The position numbers and the translations under genes were made by a program. From an uncultured Prevotellaceae bacterium (GTDB lineage: Bacteria > Bacteroidota > Bacteroidia > Bacteroidales > UBA3663): a DNA stretch of 64,000 nt. Below are positions 45,381-54,771 of the stretch, piece after piece (positions within the stretch are counted from its first letter, which is position 1; every line of letters starts with the position of its first letter). The stretch covers positions 16,150 through 80,149 of the forward strand of contig CAZMOE010000005.1 in the NCBI GenBank assembly GCA_964567855.1, written 5' to 3'. The notes beneath the pieces were generated by a model. It had not been told where the DNA came from. It made no database searches and saw only the letters and a list, made by a program, of their open reading frames with translations.

Positions 45381-47645
45381 GTGAAAAGGTTTGGGTTCAT
45401 AGTATGGCTTGCCGGTGCCATAGCATCCCTCGCAGGGAATGCGGATGCACAGATTTCCGGTACTGTGAAAGATGCTGTCGGGCAACTGCTTTGCGGAGCT
45501 AATGTCTATTGGGCGGAGACGGCCATGGGAATGGCAACTGATGAGAACGGAGTTTTTGATTTTGGCCGTTCGAAGAATAGTGATCGTCTGGTGGCAAGTT
45601 TTATCGGTTTCAAAAACGATACTGTTGTCGTAGCGCCCGGCCGGACCAGGGTGGATTTCATATTGACAGAAAGCACCGATATGGATATCGATATCTGTGT
45701 CGTAGAACGGCGGCGCGGTCTGCTGAAACCCCGTTTCGCAGTCGAGAACAGCGATATGATTTCTGCGGTCGAACTGACGCGTGCAGCCTGTTGTAACCTC
45801 GGAGAAAGCTTTACGACCAATCCGTCTGTGGATGTAAGTTACAGCGATGCCGCGACCGGAGCACGTCAAATCCGTTTGCTGGGACTCTCCGGTACGTATG
45901 TACAGATGCTTACCGAAAATGTTCCCAATTATCGGGGGGCTTCTTCTCCGTATGGGTTAGGTTATGTGCCGGGGCCGTGGATGCAAAGCATTCAGGTATC
46001 CAAGGGCGCCTCTTCCGTCAAAAACGGTTATGAGAGTATAACCGGCCAGATCAATATAGAATTTAAAAAGCCGCAGGCAGATCCTGCGCTTCATGTCAAT
46101 TTATTTACGGCCACCAGTGGTAAATATGAGGCTAATGCCGATGGGAATATACATCTTACCCGACGTTTAAGTACTGCTATTCTGGCGCATTACGAAGATG
46201 CCTCTATGGAACATGACCGCAACAAGGACGGATTCATGGATATGCCTAAACTCAGGCAATACAATTTGCAGAACCGATGGGCCTGGATGGGGGATCGCTA
46301 TATCTTTCAGGCGGTAGTGAAAGGTCTGAAAGAGGAGCGCGTTAGCGGGCAGACGGATCATGGTGGCGCGATGAGTCATGAGGTTTCTGGAAATCGGCCG
46401 GCGCACTTTTACCGTATAGGAATAGAAACCGACCGCTATGAAACCTTTGTCAAGAATGCCTATATCTTTAACAAGGAACGGAATGCGAATATCGCCTTGA
46501 TATTGGCTGGATCGCTTCACAAAATGAGGGCCGACTATGGAGAGGAAACCTATGATGTCGATCAGAAAAACGGTTATGCCTCGCTGATGTTTGAATCCGA
46601 TTTCGGCGAGCATCACTCCATTTCCATCGGTGCAAGTATGAATTATGACGACTATGACGAAACGCTTCCTATGAACCGTTTTTTTGCGGCGGAATCGCCT
46701 TCTGCTTTTAGAGGCAAGAGTTCGGAGACGGTGCCGGGAGCTTATGTCCAATATACTTATCGCTGGCAGGAGCGCTGGACCTTAATGGGCGGCTTTCGAG
46801 TGGATCACAGCGATGTGTATGGAACATTCTACACTCCGCGTGCTCATCTGAAATTTGCACCTAATGATATTTTCAGTCTGCGGGCTTCTGCCGGCAAGGG
46901 ATATCGCACTTCTCATCCTTTGGCAGAGAATAATTTTCTTTTGGCTTCTGCCCGCCGGATATCTATGGATGCCGGGACCTTTCTGGAAGAGGCCTGGAAC
47001 TATGGGGCAAGCGTCGCTTTCAATATCCCTCTTTTCGATAAGCCCCTGGCATTGAATGCAGAGTATTATTATACGGATTTTCTGCATCAAATGGTCGTTG
47101 ACCTGGACACCGATGCCCATGCAATCGCCTTTACTGATCTGCAGGGCGATTCTTACAGTCATACGGTGCAGCTTGAGGCCACTTATCCGGTTTTTAGAGG
47201 CTTTACTCTTACCGGGGCCTATCGTTTGACGGATGCCCGGACGACGTATGGTGAAAAATTATTGCGCCGGCCGCTGACGGGCCGCTATAAAGGTCTGCTG
47301 ACAGCCTCTTATCAGACTCCTTTGGAGTTGTGGCAGTTCGATGTTACCTTGCAATTCAATGGCGGAGGCCGGATGCCCGCTCCTTATGAACATCCCGACG
47401 GGATGTTGTCCTGGAATCATCGTTATCAGGCTTTTGAACAGCTCGGTGCACAGGTGACGCGTACATTCCGTCATTGGTCCGTCTACATCGGAGGAGAAAA
47501 TCTCACAGACTTCCGGCAGAAACATCCCATAGTGGGCACCTCCGATCCATGGGGAAAGGATTTCGACGCCACGATGGTGTGGGGCAATGTAGAAGGCATT
47601 ATGGGCTATATCGGAGTAAGGTTCAATTGGGAGAAAAGAAATTGA
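45381..47645 (+). CDS. TonB-dependent receptor with an N-terminal carboxypeptidase-regulatory-like domain
   Basis: 754 aa. Signal peptide, CarbopepD_reg-like segment (ISGTVKDAVGQLLCGANVYW), plug region (GESFTTNPSVDVSYSDAATGARQIRLLGL) and a long beta-barrel. Confidence 0.88.
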   Translation: MKRFGFIVWLAGAIASLAGNADAQISGTVKDAVGQLLCGANVYWAETAMGMATDENGVFDFGRSKNSDRLVASFIGFKNDTVVVAPGRTRVDFILTESTDMDIDICVVERRRGLLKPRFAVENSDMISAVELTRAACCNLGESFTTNPSVDVSYSDAATGARQIRLLGLSGTYVQMLTENVPNYRGASSPYGLGYVPGPWMQSIQVSKGASSVKNGYESITGQINIEFKKPQADPALHVNLFTATSGKYEANADGNIHLTRRLSTAILAHYEDASMEHDRNKDGFMDMPKLRQYNLQNRWAWMGDRYIFQAVVKGLKEERVSGQTDHGGAMSHEVSGNRPAHFYRIGIETDRYETFVKNAYIFNKERNANIALILAGSLHKMRADYGEETYDVDQKNGYASLMFESDFGEHHSISIGASMNYDDYDETLPMNRFFAAESPSAFRGKSSETVPGAYVQYTYRWQERWTLMGGFRVDHSDVYGTFYTPRAHLKFAPNDIFSLRASAGKGYRTSHPLAENNFLLASARRISMDAGTFLEEAWNYGASVAFNIPLFDKPLALNAEYYYTDFLHQMVVDLDTDAHAIAFTDLQGDSYSHTVQLEATYPVFRGFTLTGAYRLTDARTTYGEKLLRRPLTGRYKGLLTASYQTPLELWQFDVTLQFNGGGRMPAPYEHPDGMLSWNHRYQAFEQLGAQVTRTFRHWSVYIGGENLTDFRQKHPIVGTSDPWGKDFDATMVWGNVEGIMGYIGVRFNWEKRN

Positions 47646-47676
47646 AAAACGATAATTATAAATATGTGAAACAAGA

Positions 47677-48123
47677 ATGAAAAGGAACAAAAGATTTATG
47701 GCGTTGGCCCTTATGTTGTGTGTGTTCACGCTTTCCTGGGGCAAAGACATCCGGACGGTGGTATTGAAAACTACACCTGAAATGCATTGTGCCAATTGCG
47801 AGAAGAAAATTAAAGAAAATATCCGGTTTGTGAAAGGTGTCAAGGATATCATCACCAGCTTGAAAGATAAGACGGTGACTGTCAAATATGATGCCGACAA
47901 AACTACGGTGGAGGATATTGTGAAGGGATTCGGAGAGATAGGCTATAAGGCTAAGGTTGCGATACCTGTGTCAAATGTTGAAGGTACAGATAAAGTGTCG
48001 GTGTCGAAAACGGTTCTGCCCGCAAATGCGAGCGGGGAATGGGTTGTGCCAAGAAATGAACCGGCGAAGGCGGTGTCGGAAAGAAGTAAAGCTGCAGCGG
48101 CTTCCACGGCTGACGTGAGATGA
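47677..48123 (+). CDS. secreted heavy-metal-associated (HMA) domain protein
   Basis: 148 aa. Signal peptide MKRNKRFMALALMLCVFTLSWG, then an HMA fold with a CxxC motif (MHCANCEKKIKENIRFVKGVKDI...VTVKYDADKTTVEDIVKGFGEIGY). The start is 31 nt after the receptor gene. Confidence 0.85.
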   Translation: MKRNKRFMALALMLCVFTLSWGKDIRTVVLKTTPEMHCANCEKKIKENIRFVKGVKDIITSLKDKTVTVKYDADKTTVEDIVKGFGEIGYKAKVAIPVSNVEGTDKVSVSKTVLPANASGEWVVPRNEPAKAVSERSKAAAASTADVR

Positions 48124-48219
48124 ATGCTTTTTCGATAATGGCTGCAGTCCTCCAGCTGCGCATTTTTCTCTTTTTTATTTTGTTTGTTACCGAAATCTTT
48201 CCGTAAGAGATATAAAAGA

Positions 48220-48245
48220 GGCATTCCGGCAATTGCCGGAATGCC
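48220..48245. terminator. palindromic hairpin between the convergent HMA gene and a TonB-dependent receptor gene
   Basis: Perfect 26-nt palindrome ggcattccggcaa ttgccggaatgcc. Confidence 0.5.
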
Positions 48246-48311
48246 GGGATCTGTTATTCGTTTCGTATTGGAGGTGTAATACGGCCCGGAAACATCATAT
48301 AGCCGGGTGTC

Positions 48312-50843
48312 TCACAACTTTATTCCGAGGCTTACATTAAGCATTCGTCCGGTGAGGTAATTGGGGACGGCGTACTGGCGATTATCAACTGCCGTAACCC
48401 AGTAGTAGGAATTGGTATTGTTGATGCCGAGCAGATTGAAAATATCCACGCCGAGGGAAATCTCCTGCACATGTTTCCATTTGCCGCCTGTCATGAAGCG
48501 GGCGTTGTCGGCATTCCAGATCCTGGATGCTCCCAGGTCTACGCGACGGTAAGCCGGCGTGCGGAACGTTCCGGAGGCGCGGCCGCCGATAGGAGAGTAG
48601 AAAGGTAGGCCGTCGTTGAAAATGCCGCGCAGGAAGACCTTGTAATTTTCGTTTCCGGGCCAGTAGTCGCTGAAGAATACGCCGACGGAATAGCGCTGTT
48701 CGGTGGGGCGTGGGGTTTTCAGACCGTCGAAGTCTTCTTTCGATCTCATGAAAGAGAGACTGAGCCACGAGTCGGTTCCGGGCACGAATTCCCCGAACAG
48801 CTTAAAGTCAACACCGGTGGCAAATGCCTTGCCGGCGTTTTCGCCGAGATAACGGATCTGCACGTTGTCGACTTTGTAAGGGATGTAATTGCCGATATTT
48901 TTATAATAGGCCTCTGCGGTAAACTTGAATGGACGGTCATAGGCTTTGAATGTGTAGTCGGAACCTAGAATCAGCTGTATGGAACGTTGCGATTTGATTT
49001 TGTCATTCATGTGCACCATGGTATTCCCGTTTTCGTCGATATAGTTGAGCCTGTATTCTTTATAAAATGGCGCTTGGTAGTAGAGCCCGCCGGAAAGACG
49101 CATGGAAAGACCCGGATTTTGTTCCGGGGTATAGGTGAGCATGAACCGCGGGCTGATCAAAGTCTCGCTGTTGAAACTCCAGTGCGATAGTCTGAGTCCG
49201 GCAATCAGCCGCATCCGGCCGCCCAGTCCGTTCCAGCCGTAGCTCTCTTGTAAGTAGGCCGACATTCTGGTCGTTGTGTTTTCGTAAAAAGAATGCAGGT
49301 TGTAGATCATTTCGACCGTAGTGCCTGTATGGGGCAAGGTATAACCGGAAGAATCTCTTCTTTCCCATTCGGCAATTCGGTCGTCGATGGTCTCGCGTTG
49401 CAGGCTGATTCCGTATCCGAGTCGGTGATGTCCGATTTGCGACGACCCCTTGAATGCCAATGCCATGACTTTTGCGTTCAGGTAGTTGCGGGCGTGCTCA
49501 TGATAGGCGCCCACACCCAGCGAGTTTTGGCCGCCTTCGGTCGCTTCGTCAAGCCAATATTCGCCTGCGATGTCGTAGGAAACTTTTTCATCAGTGGCAA
49601 ATGCCGATGCCATCAGTTCCAGCTCTGTTTGCCGTAACCCTTTAAACCGTAATGTCAGTGCTCCGAAATAGGTGTCGAAGTGATCTTTTTCCTGGCCGTC
49701 GAAGTACACTTTGAAATGATGGGGTGCATCCATGGTTCCGAACGACGTCTCCCGCGTGCGCGGTGTAAAGTTGTAGGTGTTCCGGGCTATATTGCCGAGG
49801 AATGACATCTCCCAGTTTCCGGAGGACGAGAGCGTCAGATAGGTCTGGTAGTCGAAGAAGCGCGGATCGTATTCTCCATCGGTATCCAGACTCGACAATA
49901 TGGAGGTATTGCGTTTATATCGGAGCCCGTGCAGTTGCGTGAATTTTTCTGAGGCTTGCCCTAACGAGGCCGACGCCCCCATCAGGCTGGCCGATGCGGA
50001 GGCTTCGAATTTCTTCGGTTTCTTATAGGTGATATCCAGTACCGATGACATTTTGTCGCCGTATTCCGCTGCGAATCCTCCCGTCGAAAAATCGATGTTG
50101 CCCACCATATCGGGATTGATGAAGCTGAGTCCCTCCTGTTGCCCGGAACTGATCAACTGAGGGCGGTACACTTCGATACCGTTTACATAAACAAGATTCT
50201 CGTCAAACGAGCCGCCGCGGACGCTGTATTGAGACGAGAGTTCATTGTTCATATTGACGCCGGCCATAGTGCCGAGCATATCCTCGATGGCGTTTCCTGA
50301 GGCTGACGGTACGTTTTTTATATCTTTGGCCTCGATACGTTCCAGCGTGTTGGTGCGTTGTCGGGCGGCGGTTACCTCGACATCGCCGATAACGGCGCTG
50401 TTGCTTCTCATCGTCACGTTGAGTTGCAGACGGCGGCGCCCGTTTTCGTTCGGCGGCACGTTGCTGGTGTTGACGATCCGCTCTTCACGCTTGTAGCCTA
50501 AGCTGGTGAAGATGACGCGCAGCGTATCGCTTACCGGTACGTTTAAGTCGTATTCGCCTTTGAAGTTTGTCAGGGTGCCGATGCTTCCGCGCGACAGCCG
50601 GACATGGACGATCTCCATCGGCTGTCCGTCCGTATCGGTTACGATTCCGTGTAGCCGTACGTTGTGATTGTCTGCCCCTTTCATGCTGCTGCTCATGAGG
50701 CTGAAGAACAGAAACAGGAGTATGGCCGGACGCGGGAGATATGCTGTTCGGTCGTTCCGGCGGGAACGGAAAGGCCGGACAGCATATATGAGGTCTTTCT
50801 TTTTATCCGTAAAGAGCTGAAGATATCGACTGAGTATGTTCAT
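48312..50843 (-). CDS. TonB-dependent receptor-like outer-membrane protein (CarboxypepD_reg plus plug plus barrel)
   Basis: 843 aa. Signal-like segment AILLFLFFSLMSSSMKG, then VRLHGIVTDTDGQPMEIVHVRLS, a plug-like region (IEDMLGTMAGVNMN...YSVRGGSFDENLVYVNGIEVY) and a long beta-rich C-terminus. Confidence 0.8.
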   Translation of the reverse strand: MNILSRYLQLFTDKKKDLIYAVRPFRSRRNDRTAYLPRPAILLFLFFSLMSSSMKGADNHNVRLHGIVTDTDGQPMEIVHVRLSRGSIGTLTNFKGEYDLNVPVSDTLRVIFTSLGYKREERIVNTSNVPPNENGRRRLQLNVTMRSNSAVIGDVEVTAARQRTNTLERIEAKDIKNVPSASGNAIEDMLGTMAGVNMNNELSSQYSVRGGSFDENLVYVNGIEVYRPQLISSGQQEGLSFINPDMVGNIDFSTGGFAAEYGDKMSSVLDITYKKPKKFEASASASLMGASASLGQASEKFTQLHGLRYKRNTSILSSLDTDGEYDPRFFDYQTYLTLSSSGNWEMSFLGNIARNTYNFTPRTRETSFGTMDAPHHFKVYFDGQEKDHFDTYFGALTLRFKGLRQTELELMASAFATDEKVSYDIAGEYWLDEATEGGQNSLGVGAYHEHARNYLNAKVMALAFKGSSQIGHHRLGYGISLQRETIDDRIAEWERRDSSGYTLPHTGTTVEMIYNLHSFYENTTTRMSAYLQESYGWNGLGGRMRLIAGLRLSHWSFNSETLISPRFMLTYTPEQNPGLSMRLSGGLYYQAPFYKEYRLNYIDENGNTMVHMNDKIKSQRSIQLILGSDYTFKAYDRPFKFTAEAYYKNIGNYIPYKVDNVQIRYLGENAGKAFATGVDFKLFGEFVPGTDSWLSLSFMRSKEDFDGLKTPRPTEQRYSVGVFFSDYWPGNENYKVFLRGIFNDGLPFYSPIGGRASGTFRTPAYRRVDLGASRIWNADNARFMTGGKWKHVQEISLGVDIFNLLGINNTNSYYWVTAVDNRQYAVPNYLTGRMLNVSLGIKL

Positions 50844-50980
50844 GCAAAAATTTTCTGATGGAAAATGGTCTCTGATAAATAAAACGTGGAAATTTTACTT
50901 TTATTATGGATGATGGTGTTATTCCCTGTCCGGCCGCAACGGGCATCGGTACCGTAGTCTACGGCTCCAGTGTCGCCGTA

Positions 50981-51271
50981 TCATTTGATCACTACCTGTT
51001 TGATGATTTCGGCCTCCAGCTTTTCATTGAGGAGATGCATGATGGCGGTGCGGCGCATGAATAACTCGTTGCGGAGAGAGGGGGAACGCAGAACGATAAA
51101 GAGCAGACCGTTCTGGAGATGTATGCGGTCGGTTTCTGCGGCAACGGCATCGCCGAGGGTTTCCTGCCAGATGGCTGCCAGGCGGTCTTCAAAGATGCGG
51201 TTCTCGAGTTGCGAGGCTTTTAGAAACTGGTTCAGTATCTCCCCGATGGTTTGTTCGTTGCGGCGTTGCAT
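50981..51271 (-). CDS. DUF721 (DciA-like) protein
   Basis: 96 aa, immediately downstream of recF, as is usual for this family. Sequence: IGEILNQFLKASQLENRIFEDRLAAIWQETLG...LLFIVLRSPSLRNEL. Confidence 0.75.
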   Translation of the reverse strand: MQRRNEQTIGEILNQFLKASQLENRIFEDRLAAIWQETLGDAVAAETDRIHLQNGLLFIVLRSPSLRNELFMRRTAIMHLLNEKLEAEIIKQVVIK

Positions 51272-51318
51272 GGCGGTATCTTTTTGTTTCGTGGGTTGTG
51301 GCTGTCGGGATTCGGTCG

Positions 51319-52431
51319 TTATTCCTGCGAGGAAAGGAGACTGTATCTGCCCTCATGTACGCTGAACAGTTTATAACTGTCGGTCAGCGCACCGATGATC
51401 TGGTCCAGATATTCGCGATTGGTGTCGGTAATGAAAATCTGGCCGAAGCGGTTCGAAGCTACGAGCTTGACGATCTGTTCCACGCGGTCGCTGTCCAGAC
51501 GGTCGAATATGTCGTCGAGCAACAGGATGGGGGTCGTATGGCCCATACGGCGCAGAAAATCGAACTGCGCCAATTTGAGAGTGACCAGGAACGTCTTGTT
51601 CTGTCCTTGCGAGCCGAGCTGTTTCATCGGGAAGTCTCCCAACGACATGATGAGGTCGTCTTTATGGGCGCCGCGTGTCGTATACTGGACTGCGATGTCG
51701 CGGTTGCGTACCTCATCGAGAAGCGGAAGCAGAGAGCCGCCGGCAAAATGCGACTGGTAGGTCAGCCTTACTTGTTCGCGGCCCAAGGAGATCTTGTCAT
51801 AGAACTCTTGAAAAACGGGGATGAAGTCGTCGATGAACTGTTTGCGGGCCTGGTAGATCTGCTGACCGTAAAAATCCATCTGTTCCTCCCAGATCCTGTA
51901 CAGCGAACGGTCGTTTACGGGCGGATCCTGTTTTAACAGACAATTGCGCTGGGTGAGTGCCTCATTATAACAGATGAGTGCATTCAGATAGGGCTTGTTG
52001 AATTGTGAAATTACCTGATCCATGAACTTTCTGCGCTCTTCGCTCCCTCCTTGCAGCAGGACACTGTCGGCCGGGGTGAGCATAACCAACGGCAGCAGCC
52101 CTATGTGTTCCGAGAGACGCTGGTATTCTTTCCCGTCGCGACGGAATTGTTTTTTTGTACGGCGTTTCAGGGCGCAGTGAATCTCTTCCGGTTGCCCGTT
52201 CAACTCGTATTGTCCTTTGAGCATGAAGAAGTCTTTACCGTGGCGGATGTTCAGACTGTCCGGTTGCCCGCCGGTGCAGCTTTTGCAGAATGAAAGATAA
52301 TAGATGGCGTCGAGCAGGTTGGTTTTCCCCATGCCGTTTTTCCCTACGAAGCAATTCACGTTGTGGGAGAAGTCCAGTTCTGCCTCTTCTATGTTCTTAT
52401 AATCAAGGATCGAAAGGTGTTCGAGTATCAT
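51319..52431 (-). CDS. recF: DNA replication and repair protein RecF
   Basis: Track ORF extends to 52467. I prefer the ATG at 52431 (MILEHLSILDYKNIEEAELDFSHNVNCFVGKNGMGKTNLLDAIYYL, Walker A), with an SMC-like signature and Walker B (SQGQNKTF...ILLLDDIFDRLD). Confidence 0.93.
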   Translation of the reverse strand: MILEHLSILDYKNIEEAELDFSHNVNCFVGKNGMGKTNLLDAIYYLSFCKSCTGGQPDSLNIRHGKDFFMLKGQYELNGQPEEIHCALKRRTKKQFRRDGKEYQRLSEHIGLLPLVMLTPADSVLLQGGSEERRKFMDQVISQFNKPYLNALICYNEALTQRNCLLKQDPPVNDRSLYRIWEEQMDFYGQQIYQARKQFIDDFIPVFQEFYDKISLGREQVRLTYQSHFAGGSLLPLLDEVRNRDIAVQYTTRGAHKDDLIMSLGDFPMKQLGSQGQNKTFLVTLKLAQFDFLRRMGHTTPILLLDDIFDRLDSDRVEQIVKLVASNRFGQIFITDTNREYLDQIIGALTDSYKLFSVHEGRYSLLSSQE

Positions 52432-52589
52432 CTTGTCGTTTTTTGCACGGCGAAGATAACAAACCACTATGGAAAAGCCAAATTTCTCGTGCGAATTTCC
52501 CCTGAGTGAGATGCTTTAAGTCGTTTTCTTGACAGAAAAAAGGTCGAAAAAGCAGGAAAATCGGGTTAAGATGAAATTTTTGCCGCTAA

Positions 52590-52623
52590 TTTGTTGCTTA
52601 TTGATGGAAAAGTCGTAATTTTG
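52590..52623 (+). promoter_or_regulatory. candidate Bacteroidetes promoter (TTTG-N22-TAATTTTG) for the TPR-ribH unit
   Basis: -33 TTTG at 52590-52593 and -7 TAATTTTG at 52616-52623, about 60 nt upstream of the ATG at 52685. Confidence 0.45.
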
Positions 52624-52684
52624 CACCGCAATTCGGGAATGGAACGCTTTCCCGTCGATTTGAAAACTAAATAACATATTTAAT

Positions 52685-53344
52685 ATGGCACAGAAATCAA
52701 ATAAAAATATCGATAAGACGGTAGAAGAAATGGATGCAGCTCTTTCTAAAACCGAAGTTTTTATTGATGAAAATAAGAAGAATCTTCTTTGGGGGGCTAT
52801 CGCTATCGTGGCTGTAGTCGCCATCGTTTCTTTATGGAATTGGTATAGTAATCGTAAGGATACGGACGCCCAGAATGAGATTTATACCGCACAATTCCTT
52901 TTCGACGAGGGAAAATATGAGGAGGCTTTGATCGCATTCGAGGATGTAATCGATAATTATGGCTCCACCCGCACCGGTAATTTGGCCAAAGCCTATGCCG
53001 GACTTTGCAACAAGGAGCTGAAAAACTATGAGGCCGCCATCGGTTATTTGAAAGCCTATTCCGGCAGTGATATGATGATTGCTCCGGCCATCGAATCGGC
53101 TCTGGGTGATTGTTATGTCGAAACCGGCGATTATGCAAAAGGTGCAAAATGTTTTGAAAAGGCTGCTTCTGCCGCCGACAACGAGGCTTTTTCACCTCTC
53201 TATTTGAAAAAGGCCGGTCTCGCTTATGAGAAGAACGGCGACAAAGCCGCTGCTGCCAAGGTTTATATGACCATCAAGGAATCCTGGTTGCAGACTCCTA
53301 TCGGTCAGGAGGTCGATAAGTATATCTATCGCGTACAACATTGA
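52685..53344 (+). CDS. membrane-anchored tetratricopeptide-repeat protein (YfgM-like)
   Basis: 219 aa. N-terminal TM helix (LLWGAIAIVAVVAIVSLWNWY) followed by TPR-like helices. Confidence 0.75.
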   Translation: MAQKSNKNIDKTVEEMDAALSKTEVFIDENKKNLLWGAIAIVAVVAIVSLWNWYSNRKDTDAQNEIYTAQFLFDEGKYEEALIAFEDVIDNYGSTRTGNLAKAYAGLCNKELKNYEAAIGYLKAYSGSDMMIAPAIESALGDCYVETGDYAKGAKCFEKAASAADNEAFSPLYLKKAGLAYEKNGDKAAAAKVYMTIKESWLQTPIGQEVDKYIYRVQH

Positions 53345-53369
53345 TGCTGAATTAAAGATTCTATTTCCG

Positions 53370-53870
53370 ATGAATTCAAGTGACCCTGCCCATCCTGCGA
53401 AATCTGCTTTATTGGAAATTCCGTCCGGATCCAGTGCAAGTGTAGGTGTTGTCGTTGCCGAATGGAATAAAGAAATAACAGAGGCATTGCTGAACGGCGC
53501 AATTTCTACGTTGAAACAATATGGCGTTGCCGACGAAGATATTTTTGTCGCCCGTGTGCCGAGAGCAGCAGAGCTTACTTTCGGAGCAAGACAGATGGCA
53601 ATCATCAAAGAACCGAGCGCAGTGATTGTTTTGGCCGCTATTGTTAAGGATGACACGTTGGACTTCGATTATATTTGCAGTAGTGTGACGCAGGGGATTA
53701 CAGAATTGAATCTTCATAACGATATACCCTTTATATCCGGGGTCTTGATGACAGAGAATCTGATGCAAGCGAAAGAACGGGCCGGTGGCTCGTTGGGAAA
53801 TAAAGGCATTGAGTGTGCGGAATCAGCCTTGAAGATGGTCGGTATGGTCGCTTCTTTGGTAAATAGTTGA
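53370..53870 (+). CDS. ribH: 6,7-dimethyl-8-ribityllumazine synthase
   Basis: 166 aa. Sequence: VGVVVAEWNKEITEALLNGAISTLKQYGV...VARVPRAAELTF...GNKGIECAESALKM. Confidence 0.92.
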   Translation: MNSSDPAHPAKSALLEIPSGSSASVGVVVAEWNKEITEALLNGAISTLKQYGVADEDIFVARVPRAAELTFGARQMAIIKEPSAVIVLAAIVKDDTLDFDYICSSVTQGITELNLHNDIPFISGVLMTENLMQAKERAGGSLGNKGIECAESALKMVGMVASLVNS

Positions 53871-53901
53871 CGAGCGTTTTGTTGATATATCAACGGTTTT
53901 T

Positions 53902-53974
53902 GCGATAGTAGCTCAGTTGGTAGAGCACTAGCTTCCCAAGCTGGGGGTCGCGGGTTCGAGCCCCGTCTATCGCT
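53902..53974 (+). tRNA. tRNA-Gly (anticodon CCC)
   Basis: Hand-folded cloverleaf. Acceptor gcgatag/ctatcgc, D-arm gctc-agttggta-gagc, anticodon arm ctagc-ttCCCaa-gctgg, variable loop gggtc, T-arm gcggg-ttcgagc-cccgt, discriminator t. 73 nt, with no encoded CCA. Confidence 0.93.
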
Positions 53975-53982
53975 CTAATATG

Positions 53983-54025
53983 CAGATTGTTGGCAATCAA
54001 TTGAAAAATGATTGCCAACAATCTG
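53983..54025 (+). terminator. perfect 17-bp hairpin directly after tRNA-Gly
   Basis: Arms cagattgttggcaatca / tgattgccaacaatctg with a 9-nt loop. There is no strong U tract, so it may be a terminator or a processing signal. Confidence 0.5.
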
Positions 54026-54438
54026 TGTTAATTGGGGTATTTCGGTTTGATTTAAATTAAAAAATCATGCCTTCGATGGCAAATGCTGTCCAGTTGTGGG
54101 AAAAAACTTTACAGAAACTTTACAAAACGGGAGTGGAATCGCTCTCTACAGGAAGGGTAGCGGTTGGAATACTGTCCGAATGGTCGGCGATGCGAATAAT
54201 GGTGACGGCAGTAGACCGGTTGCCACTTGAGTGCGACATGCCGGCTTGAGCATCGAACGGAACTTTCTTTCCCAGGGGTGGAGTGCTGTTTGCATAAACT
54301 ATGCAGGACGGGTACGGGAACTTGGTGGCGGAAGATGTCCGGTTTGATAATCCTTTCTCGCCGTAGGGACTCTTTGTTTGCGGGAATGCCGGAAACAATA
54401 TATCGTATTTCTATGACAACTTAAAAAAATATTGGGAT

Positions 54439-54771
54439 ATGTATTTTGTGAAAAAGAGAATGGAAATTTCTGCGGCTCATAGTCTGCGGCTTTCCTATCA
54501 GAGCAAATGCGAAAATTTGCATGGCCACAATTGGATTATCGATATCTATTGTCGGTCGAGGGAATTGAATGATGACGGTATGGTTGTAGATTTTACCCAT
54601 ATCAAGGAAATGGTTATGTCTCGTCTTGACCACCGGAATTTGAACGATATTATTCCGGTCAATCCTACAGCCGAGAATATTGCCAGGTGGATTTGTGAGC
54701 AAATTCCTTCTTGCTACCGCGTGGAGGTGCGGGAATCGGAAAATAATAGTGCTGCCTATGAAAAAGATTAA
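54439..54771 (+). CDS. queD: 6-carboxy-5,6,7,8-tetrahydropterin synthase
   Basis: 110 aa. Sequence: EISAAHSLRLSYQSKCENLHGHNWIIDIY...DGMVVDFTHIKE...LDHRNLND. Confidence 0.92.
   Translation: MYFVKKRMEISAAHSLRLSYQSKCENLHGHNWIIDIYCRSRELNDDGMVVDFTHIKEMVMSRLDHRNLNDIIPVNPTAENIARWICEQIPSCYRVEVRESENNSAAYEKD

Noticed and set aside
45219-45869. A 216-aa minus-strand ORF overlapping the 5' end of the TonB-dependent receptor gene.
   Set aside because: It overlaps the receptor's promoter and signal-peptide region. Its translation is Cys/Arg/His-rich and motif-free.
53902-54100. tRNA-Gly as an integration hotspot or att site for a mobile element.
   Set aside because: No integrase or recombinase ORF and no direct repeat of the tRNA 3' end was found in the window. 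The flanking genes are housekeeping.
54100-54260. A possible cobalamin riboswitch, prompted by GCCACU and AGACCGG strings.
   Set aside because: The order and spacing of the elements do not fit the cobalamin consensus as I know it, where GCCACUG precedes the B12 box. The downstream genes (queD and queE) are not B12-related.
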